From: an uncultured Phycisphaerales bacterium
GTDB taxonomy: Bacteria > Planctomycetota > Phycisphaerae > Tepidisphaerales > Tepidisphaeraceae
Assembly: GCA_963755915.1 (NCBI GenBank)
Contig: CAVWLP010000002.1
Coordinates: 3,296,001 to 3,360,000 of the forward strand
Direction: 5' to 3'
Length of the DNA stretch: 64,000 bases
How positions within the stretch are numbered: the first letter of the stretch is position 1; each line of letters opens with the position of its first letter. The position numbers and the translations under genes are program-made. A model generated the notes under the pieces. The model was given only the letters and a program-made list of their open reading frames with translations, made no database searches and was not told the origin of the DNA. Below, piece by piece: positions 9,976-20,022 of the stretch.

Positions 9976-10439
9976 GATACTGCGCTCGGGACTTGAGCGC
10001 TACCATTGACTGTTTCTCGGCGGCTGCACAAAATGCGTGGCAATTCGAGAAACTGTCATGCCACATTGGATAGAAAGACATCCAATTCCTGGTGGAACCG
10101 TCGCTGACGCCGATTTCGTGATTCAGGCACCCCCAGGGGCTCCGGTCGTCGCCGTGGCTGTTGAGAACGGCGTCCCAACGTTGCACATTTGGGTTTCCCA
10201 ATAGGATGCTCGGATGCGCCGGACTTTCTTTTTCGTGCATCCGGCGGACCAACTCCCCGCAGTACTGCCAATTGGTTACGTGGGCTGGTATCAAATGAAT
10301 GGAGTGATGGCCCACGTATTCGAAAAACAGCCGGTGGCATCATCTCCATACTTCCATCGAATGTTCTAGTTCTTCGTTTTGTGCGTTTTGACGCAAACGG
10401 TGCAAGTATTCCTCCTTAACCCATTTGGTGGGGGCGGAG

Positions 10440-10689
10440 CCCCTGTCGGTTGGTTCCTCTCCCCTCCCAGAGATCGTGTCGAGAAACCCGTTGCGGTGCT
10501 GTGAAGCACCAACCGAGTCCCCCGTGAGGGGGACGAGGAGCCGGACTTTTTCTCCGAGCGTGAGCGAGAGGAACCGGCGAACGTGAGTGAGGCGGTTCCG
10601 ACAGAGAAAAAGGACGGCTGTCGGGGGGTGCGAGACACCGGCAAACAGCCGGAACCCTTTGTAATACAAGGCTCAAACGAAAACAGGGG
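10440..10689. other. Highly structured non-coding element bounded by inverted CCCCTGT...ACAGGGG
   Basis: Several nested hairpins with GTGA tetraloops (see findings); it ends exactly where dinB homology begins. Confidence 0.55.
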
Positions 10690-10691
10690 GT

Positions 10692-11712
10692 ACCGCCAGC
10701 TATGAAGCCCGTCCCTTCGGTTGCCACTCGGCGCAACCAATGGCGGTCGCCAAGCGGCTCTGCCCACAGGCCATCATCTTGCCTGTGAGGATGGAGAGGT
10801 ATCACGCCGTCTCTGAGCAGATGTTCTCGATCCTCGACGAATTTTCGCCGGTGGTTGAACCCCTGAGCATCGACGAAGCCTTCCTCGACCTCGCGGGCAC
10901 AGAGCGAGGCGCTAGGCAAAGCGATGGATGTCGCCTGCAAGCTCAAGGGCCGCATCAAGTCAGACCTGAAGATCACAGCCTCAGTGGGAATTGCACCCAA
11001 CAAGTATCTTGCCAAGCTGGCTTCGGACATGAAGAAGCCCGATGGTCTGGTCCTCATCAGCCCAGACGACATCGACCGTGTCCTGCCGCCGTTGCCGGTG
11101 ACGAAACTCTGGGGCATCGGTACGGCAACGGCAGCACGGCTGGCACCGCTGGGCGTCAGGACCATCGCCGATCTGCGCAAGAAGCCCTTGGATTGGCTGG
11201 AGAAGCACCTCGGCTCTGAGGCAGAGCGGTATTTCTACCTTGCGCACGGAATCGACGATCGGCCTGTCGTTCCCGACCGAGAGGCCAAGAGCATTGGTCA
11301 CGAACAAACCTTTGAGATCAATATCGTCGATGTCGACGAAGTCCGGCGCGTGCTGTTGGATCAGGTGGAGCAGGTTGCCAGCCGTCTTCGCAAAAACCGT
11401 GTTCACGCCGGCGGGATCACGCTGAAGATCAGGTTCGGGCAGTTCAAGACGATCAGCCGGTCGATGACCCTCGGCGTTTCGACCGCCGCTACGAACGAGC
11501 TATGGCAGGCCGCACGACGCTTGTTCGACAATTGGTCATTCCAACCGGTACGACTCATCGGCGTTACCGCTGAACGGCTCACTCGGTTGGAGGGAGAGTC
11601 GGGGTTGTTTGCTGATCCCCAAAGGGAGAGGCAGAAGAAGCTTGATAAGGTGGCAGATCAAATCAACGAAAAGTTCGGAAAGAGAGCGATTCGGCGGGGT
11701 GGGGCGAGTTAA
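10692..11712 (+). pseudogene. dinB: DNA polymerase IV (Y-family), 5'-truncated, with an additional frameshift at ~10910
   Basis: [48 protein letters not shown] and VRLIGV. The N-terminal HVDMDAF motif is absent upstream. Confidence 0.88.
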
Positions 11713-11944
11713 GCGGTGAAGCGTTAACATCGGTTTTCTGCGGGTCGGCTAACGGTGGCGTGCCAATTACAAATAACGCTTCTGCAAAATCGCGAGTATC
11801 AACCGCGCTGATCGTGCGTTGGGATGTGCCGGGTGGTAAAGGCGAAGACTTTCGAGTGGCTTCGAGAGCGAGGGGACTTCTATCGTCGAATTTCCCCAGT
11901 CGTTTTGCCCGGCCGATTGGTTCAGGGCGAGTATACTCAATGCC

Positions 11945-12223
11945 ATGCCGTGCCTGATTCCAATTTTCGCGATCTTCTTTCCCCGTCTGGTGATGATTGG
12001 CATCGTGATCTTCACCAACTGGTTCAGCCTGGCCTTCGGAACGGTTATTTGGCCGATCCTGGGCTTCCTGTTCATGCCCTACACCACGCTGGCGTATATG
12101 GCGGCGATGCTGAGGAATCATCACTCCGTTGACGGAGGCTGGCTCGTGCTGGTGGTGGTCGCGGTGTTCGTCGACTTGGGTGGGCAAGGCGGCTCCGTGC
12201 GCCGCCGGCGAAGCCGGGACTGA
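11945..12223 (+). CDS. Small hydrophobic membrane protein
   Basis: Three hydrophobic segments (FFPRLV..., GFLFMPYTTLAY..., WLVLVVVAVFVD) and a basic tail. Confidence 0.7.
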   Translation: MPCLIPIFAIFFPRLVMIGIVIFTNWFSLAFGTVIWPILGFLFMPYTTLAYMAAMLRNHHSVDGGWLVLVVVAVFVDLGGQGGSVRRRRSRD

Positions 12224-12432
12224 CAAGCTGGGACGACGCTCCCTCGGCAATGGCGACACTTCCGCGAGGCAATTGGGAAACTACTTGATGATGAAACCCG
12301 TATTTCAAGCGGGATCTTATCCAGCCGGGGACTGGAGAATCAACTTCGGCGCTGCGATCAGGCGATCGAAGATCCGGATGGTTGGGTGAATAGGATTATG
12401 ACATTTTTCTGTGCGCGTGATTACTTAGCCCG

Positions 12433-15115
12433 TTATGTTTGAAAAATTGACAAGGCGGGAACCTCGGTTATTTCGCCAGGGTCGGACTCCGGTGCGCATG
12501 GCGGATTTGGCGGGTTTGGCGGCAGTGTATCCAATATACCAATTCGTATTGCAATGAATCGCTGCGATTTCCCACGATAGGTTCGCCGAACAGTAAGTTC
12601 GTCGCGGTTTTCATCTGCGATGATCATGCCCGCCTCGGCCAGCCGTTTTCGCAGTGTCGCAGCGGACACGTTCAGGCCGGCTCCGACGCTCCCACCCAAT
12701 CGTTGCGCTACGGCATAAGCTGCATCTGGATCTAGATATATGCTCTCACCGTCGACGAATCCTATCCACTCGCCGACAGGTCGTTGCTCGCCCTCCCCAT
12801 CAGCGTGCGACCACCCCATCTTTCCGGCGCCTGTGGCCTGCCACCCTGGCGATGAGTGAGGTGCGCTTTGCCGCCATTAAGCGCGCTTGTCATCAGTTCT
12901 ATAAATCGGCGTGCAGGCTCCTGCTCGACAACACCGGGGGCCTGTCTGGACGCCGCGGCTTCAAGTGCATCCCAAGCGCGTGTCCACAACCGGTCTCTCC
13001 ATTGCGGTGGAATTGCACCGAAATGAATCGCGAAATCGAGAAAATACTGAATGCCCAGAGCAAGATTCGCGACGATTTCGGGCGTGCGACGGTGGGAAGT
13101 ATCTCCGGTAACAGCATGTGCACAGCCTATCCAACTGTTGTCGAAAATTTGTTTGAATGTCGCCGTAGCGAGGAGCCAGCCATTGCTGGAACGCCGCCAT
13201 CGTTCCCGAATAGAGACCAGAAGAAGCATCGGCTTGGCACGCGGTCAAACGGTCACTCGAAATTTCGCGGGGGGATATCTCAATCACGAAGGTTCGGGCT
13301 CGAATACTCTGCCCACGGGGAATATCTTCCCCCGTTGACATCATGAGTCCACGCGGTGGTCTTGCGGGACGCAGACTGCCATCGGAACGCATGCGCCCCC
13401 GTCCCGTGCGATTACCTTGTGCGCGAATTACGCGATCGGCGCTGATGATAACGGGCCACATCGTACTGACTGCCGCACGGCGCAAAATCATCCACTACGA
13501 CGATTGCATCTTTCGCGCAGAAAAGTAGTCCCTCGATAGCGTTGTCGGTCGAATGCCAGCCGGTCGGGAGATGTCGCGAGTCAAACTCGCGTCCGAAGTG
13601 CTGCTGGATCAATGCCGCCACCTCAGATTTGAAGACACCGGTAGGACCCGCTAAATGGATCGTGAAGTCGCTGGGGGCAAGCACTGATCGCCAGATCGAT
13701 GCGAAAAGAGGCAACATGATTTCCATCGGGGCGAGGCGTAATAGCCGAAGGGTGGCCCGGATGCATTGGACCAACTCGGAACCCGTGGGCGGCGCTGGCA
13801 GCACAAACCTAGAAAGCGAATCGTGAAGCTCGACACGGACACTAGGGATTTGGCCTTCGTTGCCGATCGCGCCACCCGCGTGAAGATATGCCCATCCGCT
13901 AGGCAATTCACGCCAGCCCGTGTGCGTATAGATGTGTATCTGGGGAATAGGTCGTGGAGACGTCAGCTGGATTGCGGCGCGGGCGCGGTCACGCAAACCA
14001 AGTCCGGGATATACTACTGCCTCCGCTCCCAATTTCTGAGCAGGCCAGAGCATCGCACCGAAATCCGCAGCGTGCACCGAGCTAGTCACCTGTCTACCTC
14101 CCACGACGGTCCTTACGTCGTACGCTCGGACAATATCGCCGGATCCATCGTCGCGGAAATTATCGGCGACTATTACCGCGTCGAAGTTAGTCAGCGGGAC
14201 CAAGATCGCGCCGTGCCGTCCGGGCTTCCACCAGGCCACGCCTTCATCCGTACGCTCGTATTCCGGAGTATCTGTATCGGCGTCGTCGGTATATCGGGCG
14301 ACCGAGTTGGCGATCGAAAGAACCTCCTCGACGGGCAGTGGAGGTCGGCATCTCGCCTCATTCTCTGCAGTGAGCGCAGCCAATATCGCAGCATGCGACA
14401 TGCCGCGGTGCACCATACTCCCTGCTAGACTGGCTAATGTCTGATTGCGCCTTTCCTCAGGAATTATGATGTCGCTATCTTCGTTTCCAGTCGGGATCGG
14501 GACCGATGGACGTTCTGCTCGGCGCGGTATTTGCTGCCTCAATTCATCCAGAGAGTATCGCCGTTGTGAATCGCAACTTACAAGCTCACACGGTGCGGGC
14601 GGATCCTTGTGATTGAGGAATCCGGGCAAACGCAATATACGCGCGGGATCGTGCAGCGGATCGGACGACAGAAGCGCAGCCAAATCACGCTGAAGGTCAC
14701 GCCAGGTTTCCAGTTCTTCGATAGCGACGGTGAAAATCCAATAGGCATGCGCGCCGTGGCCGCTCGCAACCAAAATGGTAGGCTCCGGCAGCCGGGCAGC
14801 ACATATTCTGTTTCGCGCCTCTTCAACGGTCGTGTTGTCAAAATCGGCAAAAATACAGCGAGCGCAATTCACATCAGCGTTGGTTCGGCCATGCCGTGAT
14901 CGTGGATTCACCCCCGCATAAATGTTCTGGCCAGCATCGTTTTCGAGTTCTAGTGCGGTAGCGATCGTGTGTATCTGCGAAGCCGGCAACCATCTTGAAG
15001 ACCCCGACGGAAGCGATCTAATCTCTATGAGGTCTTCCGGGGCCCAAATCGCACCGCTGAATATGCGGACGATTTCCGTTGCGGGATACTGAGCCGAGAA
15101 GTACGATGTAATCAT
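12433..15115 (-). CDS. RepB-like DNA primase + PriCT + P-loop helicase (DUF927-like) fusion, split by frameshifts
   Basis: Primase motifs NIYAGVNPR, CIFADFD, ASGHGAHAYW, HDPARILRLPG; PriCT-like RRNQTLASLAGSM...RCRPPLP; Walker A GPTGVFKS and Walker B VVVDDF. Continues in ORFs 12961..13491, 12762..13229 and 12433..12819. Confidence 0.8.
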
Positions 15116-15171
15116 AGTCGATTCCTTTCATTGACACGGCGGCGGGAATGCCAGTTCCCGCCGTCGCTGGT

Positions 15172-15510
15172 TTAAAGTCCTTCCTGTTTCAGCCGTTTTT
15201 GCGTTGCGATGGTTCTTCGCTGAGCTGCTCGTGGGGTCGTGTGTGTCCTCTCTCTACGCGCGGGATTCGGATCCCCCAGAGCCTCAAAGAAATCCCTGAG
15301 CCAGGTTTCCGTGGTACACAATGTCCCCCCACACCGAACACTACGCAGACGTATGCCCCGCGATCCACGTAGGCACCACCGCCAGAGGGTCGACATATGA
15401 ATTCTCGCGCCGCCTCGACGAGCTGGAAGCCACGAGAGTGCAGGTACGTCCCCGAGTCGGATTAGCCGGTCATCGCCGGCGGTATCGATGATGTGCGTAC
15501 TCATGCACAC
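15172..15510 (-). CDS. Excisionase-like HTH protein (DUF1580-like)
   Basis: HMSTLWRWCLRGSRGIRLRSVRCGGTLCTT is the typical planctomycete DUF1580 pattern; the gene lies between integrase and primase. Confidence 0.8.
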   Translation of the reverse strand: MCMSTHIIDTAGDDRLIRLGDVPALSWLPARRGGARIHMSTLWRWCLRGSRGIRLRSVRCGGTLCTTETWLRDFFEALGDPNPARRERTHTTPRAAQRRTIATQKRLKQEGL

Positions 15511-15614
15511 TTCTATAGCAGGATTCTTGTGGCGGAAATTTCGTGGAATTCCCCAGAATTGAAATGTGCGGAAAATCTGTAGTTCTTTTTATTTTTTGCG
15601 GAAACATCTCAGAA

Positions 15615-16460
15615 TTATTGAAGGCCGTCGCGTTTTTTCCGCATGCCGAATTCGCGCTCTTTAGCTTTACCTTGTTGGATTTCTTCGACTGTAGGATCGA
15701 CCTCTAACGCGCGGATTGCGGCGCACCTGTCAATTTGATTAGAACTGTTGTCGAGACCTATTTTTTTCATCGCCTCGATCACCTTCAGGAACGATTGGGA
15801 TCGGATCAGCTTCCCCGTCTTGTCCCTTACCCAAGGAAACTTCTTACGAATCACGTCGAGGTGGTGACGACGTTTGCGTGGATCCGAAGAAAAAGGCACA
15901 AGATGCGGAAGACAGTCTCGCGGTTTCCAAAGTTGTTCTGTTTGTGCGTTTGAAGGATGGGGGTGAGCTGGCGCATCTCCCGCGTCTTTGCCGGGATCAG
16001 TATCAGGTTTCCGCACCTGAGCCATTCCTGGAGGGATTAAGCGCAACTGAGCCAATGCTTGATCCAGGAGATGCTCCGTTTCCCTTGCTTCGGCGTGATG
16101 AAGTTCCGGACTTGCCTTGATAAGGGCGGCAATACGAAAGAGCTGCTTCTCGACGGACTGCAAACATTGAACGCGATCTGGTGAATCGAGATTCAAAGAC
16201 CGCTTCAAACGGTCGAGCGTCGCAAGGCATTTTGGAAGTAGCCGGTTAATACGTTGAATGGCATTCGCTCTCACTTCGTGGCAATCGCGGCCGCGATAAT
16301 ATTGTGACTTATACCCCCAACCGGTATTGGGATACCCCCGAGCGATTTCATGGTTCGCGTCAAGCATGGCACCGAGGTATTTCTGCAATGCCAAAAGGTT
16401 TCGGAATGATAAGGTCATGATTTTCAACTTTGCGGACAATTGTAAGGACATCGGGTACAC
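15615..16460 (-). CDS. Hypothetical protein of the integrated element
   Basis: 281-aa ORF with lower GC, co-oriented between integrase and excisionase; no motif recognised. Confidence 0.6.
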   Translation of the reverse strand: MYPMSLQLSAKLKIMTLSFRNLLALQKYLGAMLDANHEIARGYPNTGWGYKSQYYRGRDCHEVRANAIQRINRLLPKCLATLDRLKRSLNLDSPDRVQCLQSVEKQLFRIAALIKASPELHHAEARETEHLLDQALAQLRLIPPGMAQVRKPDTDPGKDAGDAPAHPHPSNAQTEQLWKPRDCLPHLVPFSSDPRKRRHHLDVIRKKFPWVRDKTGKLIRSQSFLKVIEAMKKIGLDNSSNQIDRCAAIRALEVDPTVEEIQQGKAKEREFGMRKKRDGLQ

Positions 16461-16483
16461 AGCATCGTTGAATTTCTCTCCTA

Positions 16484-17708
16484 TTATCCAATCTGCGCCG
16501 CTACTCGTCGTGCGGCCTCAGCATCCCGCTCCGCGTAGATTTCCGTGGCAGTTAGAGTAGCGTGGCCGAGCACATGCTGAGCCGCCTCAATCCCAAATCG
16601 TTTGCGGATCTCAGTCGCCGTCGCGTGCCTGATCTGATGAGGATGTCATCGTGGTATAATCCGTTCGTCGTTGCCAATTACCTTCCCACCTTTGGCCCAA
16701 AGATCGGCTCCGTCGGCAGCTCGCGTGATCGCGCGGCGATATGATGCCACGGTGTAGGATTCCTGTGGCTTGCGTTTTGGCCTTCGTTTGACGTTTCTGC
16801 CCGGATTGTTGCCACAATTCATCGGGGTCTTTCGCTCCGCGCTTCGCCGCTGAAGAACTTCGGCAACGGCATCGGCAGGGGAAAACACGAACGTTTCGGG
16901 GTCCAACTTTCGTAGAAAGGGGAGAAGCATTTCTTGTCCCTGGGGCCCGATGTATATTGCCCTATGGTGCCCATAGTGCACGGTTTTGTGCGACGCCGGA
17001 ACATACGCCCATTCGGGGGCTGAGCGGTCGATTTGCCCAATGCGCATTGAACAAATTTCGCCGGCGCGCGCCGGTGAGTCGCTGAATTTGGACCATCGCC
17101 GCTGTAACCTTCGTGAGGTGGGGAAGTGTCGCTTCAATCACCTCATCGGAAACAGGCCTGACTGGCTCAGATTCCCGGGCTTGACTCCTACCGGCGCGTA
17201 AACCGCTCACAGCTTGTAACCCAAGGTATATCGTCAGAGGGATGAGTTCTTTGGCGACCGCCCATTTGAATAGGGCTTTGATCCGACCGATCTGCATATT
17301 GATCGTGGATCTGCACCAGCCGATTTCGATCATTCCATGTCGGACGGTATCAAGCGCGAGAGGGCCAAAATCGCAGGCATTTATTAGTCCATAGAGGCGG
17401 TTGAGTTGATGAAGAGCGGATTTGATCGGATAAAGTTCCGACGTCGGCGTTCCGTCTGGGTGCCGGTAATACTCTTTAGCGTACTGCCAATAGCGTTCGA
17501 TTAGCTCTGCGATTGATAGGGGGTTGTGCGAAGCGGGAAATCGGCGACCTGCGGCCAGCCATTCCGCTATGATCCGATCGTACTCATCAAAGGATGCCTT
17601 GGACTTCCAGGGTCCGAGATAGAAATCTCGGCCGTCGATAGTGACCACAGCCTGACCGGAAGCTTTGTGTCTGGAATAACGAGGATTATGCTTAATGCAG
17701 CGGGGCAT
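16484..17708 (-). pseudogene. Tyrosine recombinase/integrase (frameshift ~17070; in-frame TGA at 16646-16648)
   Basis: N-terminal HKASGQAVVTIDGRDFYLG, catalytic R region LTGAR, and after the TGA the sequence HPHQIRHATATEIRKRFGIEAAQHVLGH...TEIYAE (HxxR, H, Y), ending at TAA 16484. Confidence 0.88.
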
Positions 17709-17826
17709 GTGCGATCACGTCCTTTCCGGAAAAACCGTATCTACGGTTTTTTCACCAGGATTCCGTGCCGCACTGCCGACCTCCGGCAGGTACGCTACTT
17801 CAACGTTCGGCAGAATTTACTTCCAA

Positions 17827-17902
17827 TCGGGGCGACAGGATTCGAACCTGCGACCTCTTGACCCCCAGTCAAGCGTTCTAGGCCAAACTGAACTACGCCC
17901 CG
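17827..17902 (-). tRNA. tRNA-Pro(GGG), CCA not encoded
   Basis: Minus strand CGGGGCGTAGTTCAGTTTGGCCTAGAACGCTTGACTGGGGGTCAAGAGGTCGCAGGTTCGAATCCTGTCGCCCCGA: acceptor stem, CTTGA/TCAAG anticodon stem with GGG, and GTTCGAATC T-loop. Confidence 0.95.
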
Positions 17903-18023
17903 GAATTACCGCACCCTACTTCCCCCGGCCCCCTGCGTCAACGCCAACGCCTGCAACCGGCAACTTGCCACTTCGCCACCTTGCCTTGCCGCTCAACATT
18001 GCTAATTTACCCCTCTCTAAACT

Positions 18024-19295
18024 ATGACGGTTTTAATCATTGGTAGTGGGGGTCGCGAACATGCCTTGGCCTGGAAGCTTGCCGGCTCCACGCAAGTGAC
18101 CGATCTATTTTGCATCCCCGGAAACCCCGGCATCGCCGAACTCGCAGACTGCTTCCCCATCTCCGTCACCGATTTCCCTTCCATCGAAAAATTCGTCCGC
18201 AACAACGCCGTCGATCTCGTCGTCATCGGCCCGGAAGATCCCCTCGCCCTCGGCCTCGCCGACCGGCTGCGCGACATGGGCGTGATCGTCTTCGGGCCAA
18301 ACAAAGCCGGCGCCCAGATCGAATCCGATAAGTGGTTCGCCAAGGAAATTATGCGCCATCAGTCCATCCCCACTGCCGAGGCGCGCGTCTTCATCGACCC
18401 CGATCAGGCCGACCAATACGTCAAAGTCCGCGACGAACCCCTCGTCATCAAAGCCTCCGGCCTCGCCAAGGGAAAAGGCGTTTCCGTCTGCTATCGCCCC
18501 TCCGATGCCCTGGAAGCCATCGACGCCATCATGCGCAAAAAGCGGTTCGGCGAAGCCGGGAAACGTATCGTCATCGAGGAACTCCTCGTCGGTCCCGAAT
18601 GCTCCGTCATGGCACTCGTCCAAAAACGCACGATCTACCTCCTCGAAACCGCCCAGGACCACAAAACCATCGACGACGGCGACACCGGCCCCATGACCGG
18701 CGGCATGGGCGCCTATTCCCCCACCCCCGTCGTTACCGAAGAAGTCCTCAAGCAAATCGAGCGTGACATCTTCGTCCCCGTCGTCGACGGAATGCTCCGC
18801 GAGGGAATCGAATATCAGGGTTGCCTCTACGCCGGCCTGATGATCACCGCCAACGGCCCCAAGGTGCTGGAATTCAATTGCCGCTTCGGCGACCCCGAAT
18901 GCCAGCCCCTCATGATGCGCCTCAAAACCGATCTCGTCGAAGTCATGACCGCCATGTCCGAAGGCAAGCTCGATCAGGTCGCGCTTGATTGGGATCCGCG
19001 CCCCGCCATGTGCGTCGTCGTCACCAGCAAAGGCTACCCCGGCGAATACCCCACCGGCCTCCCCATCACCGGCATCGCCGACGCCGACGCCATGCCGGAT
19101 GTCAAAGTCTTTCACAGCGGTACAAAATTAAAAGACGGCAAAGTCGTCACCGACGGCGGCCGCGTCCTGGGCATCACCGCCCTGGGCAAAAATATCGCCG
19201 ACGTACGCAAACGCGTTTATCTCGCCATCCAAAAAATTCATTTTGACGGAATGCACTATCGCAAGGATATTGGTCACCAGGCTCTATCAACCTAA
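18024..19295 (+). CDS. purD: Phosphoribosylamine--glycine ligase
   Basis: IIGSGGREHALAW, PGNPG, IGPEDPL, KASGLAKGKGV, QDHK, TGGMGAYSP, EFNCRFGDPE and TDGGRVL. Confidence 0.98.
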   Translation: MTVLIIGSGGREHALAWKLAGSTQVTDLFCIPGNPGIAELADCFPISVTDFPSIEKFVRNNAVDLVVIGPEDPLALGLADRLRDMGVIVFGPNKAGAQIESDKWFAKEIMRHQSIPTAEARVFIDPDQADQYVKVRDEPLVIKASGLAKGKGVSVCYRPSDALEAIDAIMRKKRFGEAGKRIVIEELLVGPECSVMALVQKRTIYLLETAQDHKTIDDGDTGPMTGGMGAYSPTPVVTEEVLKQIERDIFVPVVDGMLREGIEYQGCLYAGLMITANGPKVLEFNCRFGDPECQPLMMRLKTDLVEVMTAMSEGKLDQVALDWDPRPAMCVVVTSKGYPGEYPTGLPITGIADADAMPDVKVFHSGTKLKDGKVVTDGGRVLGITALGKNIADVRKRVYLAIQKIHFDGMHYRKDIGHQALST

Positions 19296-19307
19296 AGGGA
19301 GAGAATC

Positions 19308-20015
19308 ATGAAAATGGGGTCAAAGTGGGCAATCGCGCTGATCGTCCCGATGGCGCTGTGCGTCTCGGCCATCACCGCCGAGGCCAAATACGTCAAAGCT
19401 GACGATTTCGATTTCAAAACACTGCTCGGGCCGCCGCCTGCACTTGATTCCCAGCAACAAAAAGACGAAATCACCGCAATGCTCAAACTCCAGGCCGCCC
19501 GCTCCTCCGATGACTCCAAGCGCGTTATGGCCGAGGCCAAGTTCACCCCCTTTGTTTTCTCGCAGGAATTGGGTTCCTGGTTCAACCCCGACGATCTTCC
19601 TCAAACTGCCGCCTTTCTCGTGAAGGTCAACAAAGAAGCCGGGGAAGTCTGCGCCGCGGGGAAGTTAATCTTCCAGCGTCCGCGCCCGTTCCTCACCGAC
19701 CCCAGGATCCACCCCTGCGTGGAAAACGAAAAAACCTTCTCTTACCCCAGCTCCCACTCCACCCGGGCCATGACATTAGCCCTGACTTTGTCGCTGATGT
19801 TCCCCGACCACAAGGACGCCCTGATTGCCCACGGCAAACTGATCGGCGACGACCGCGTGGTCGCCGGCCAGCATTTCCCCAGCGACGTCGCCGCCGGACG
19901 CATTCTCGCTAAGGCAATCTTCGAAAAAATGCAAAAAGACGACGATTTCCAGGCCGATTTCGCGAAAGCCAAGGCCGAATGCCTGGCCAAGGAAAAACAA
20001 CCCGCGACGCCCTGA
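19308..20015 (+). CDS. Secreted class A acid phosphatase (PAP2 family)
   Basis: Signal peptide; motifs FQRPRP, SYPSSH and DRVVAGQHFPSDV. Confidence 0.9.
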   Translation: MKMGSKWAIALIVPMALCVSAITAEAKYVKADDFDFKTLLGPPPALDSQQQKDEITAMLKLQAARSSDDSKRVMAEAKFTPFVFSQELGSWFNPDDLPQTAAFLVKVNKEAGEVCAAGKLIFQRPRPFLTDPRIHPCVENEKTFSYPSSHSTRAMTLALTLSLMFPDHKDALIAHGKLIGDDRVVAGQHFPSDVAAGRILAKAIFEKMQKDDDFQADFAKAKAECLAKEKQPATP

Positions 20016-20022
20016 TCCGCTT

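Larger units (their letters stand above)
12433..17826 (-). mobile_element. tRNA-Pro-integrated element core (phage-satellite/IME-like): integrase, hypothetical, excisionase-like, primase-helicase; the island probably extends left beyond position 1
   Basis: Integrase starts ~120 bp from the tRNA 3' end, followed by a co-oriented xis-like gene and a primase-helicase. Codon style changes abruptly at purD. The far att repeat was not seen in the window. Confidence 0.8.

Noticed and set aside
9773-10669. ORFs 9773..10315, 10056..10349 and 10340..10669
   Set aside because: No recognisable motifs; they overlap each other or the structured element.
10430-10691. Group II intron or hammerhead ribozyme
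   Set aside because: No convincing domain V/VI or CUGANGA/GAAA core, and no reverse transcriptase nearby.
1-12400. Distal att site (tRNA-Pro 3' repeat)
   Set aside because: No copy of GGCGACAGGATTCGAACC was found by eye; the island boundary is probably outside the window.
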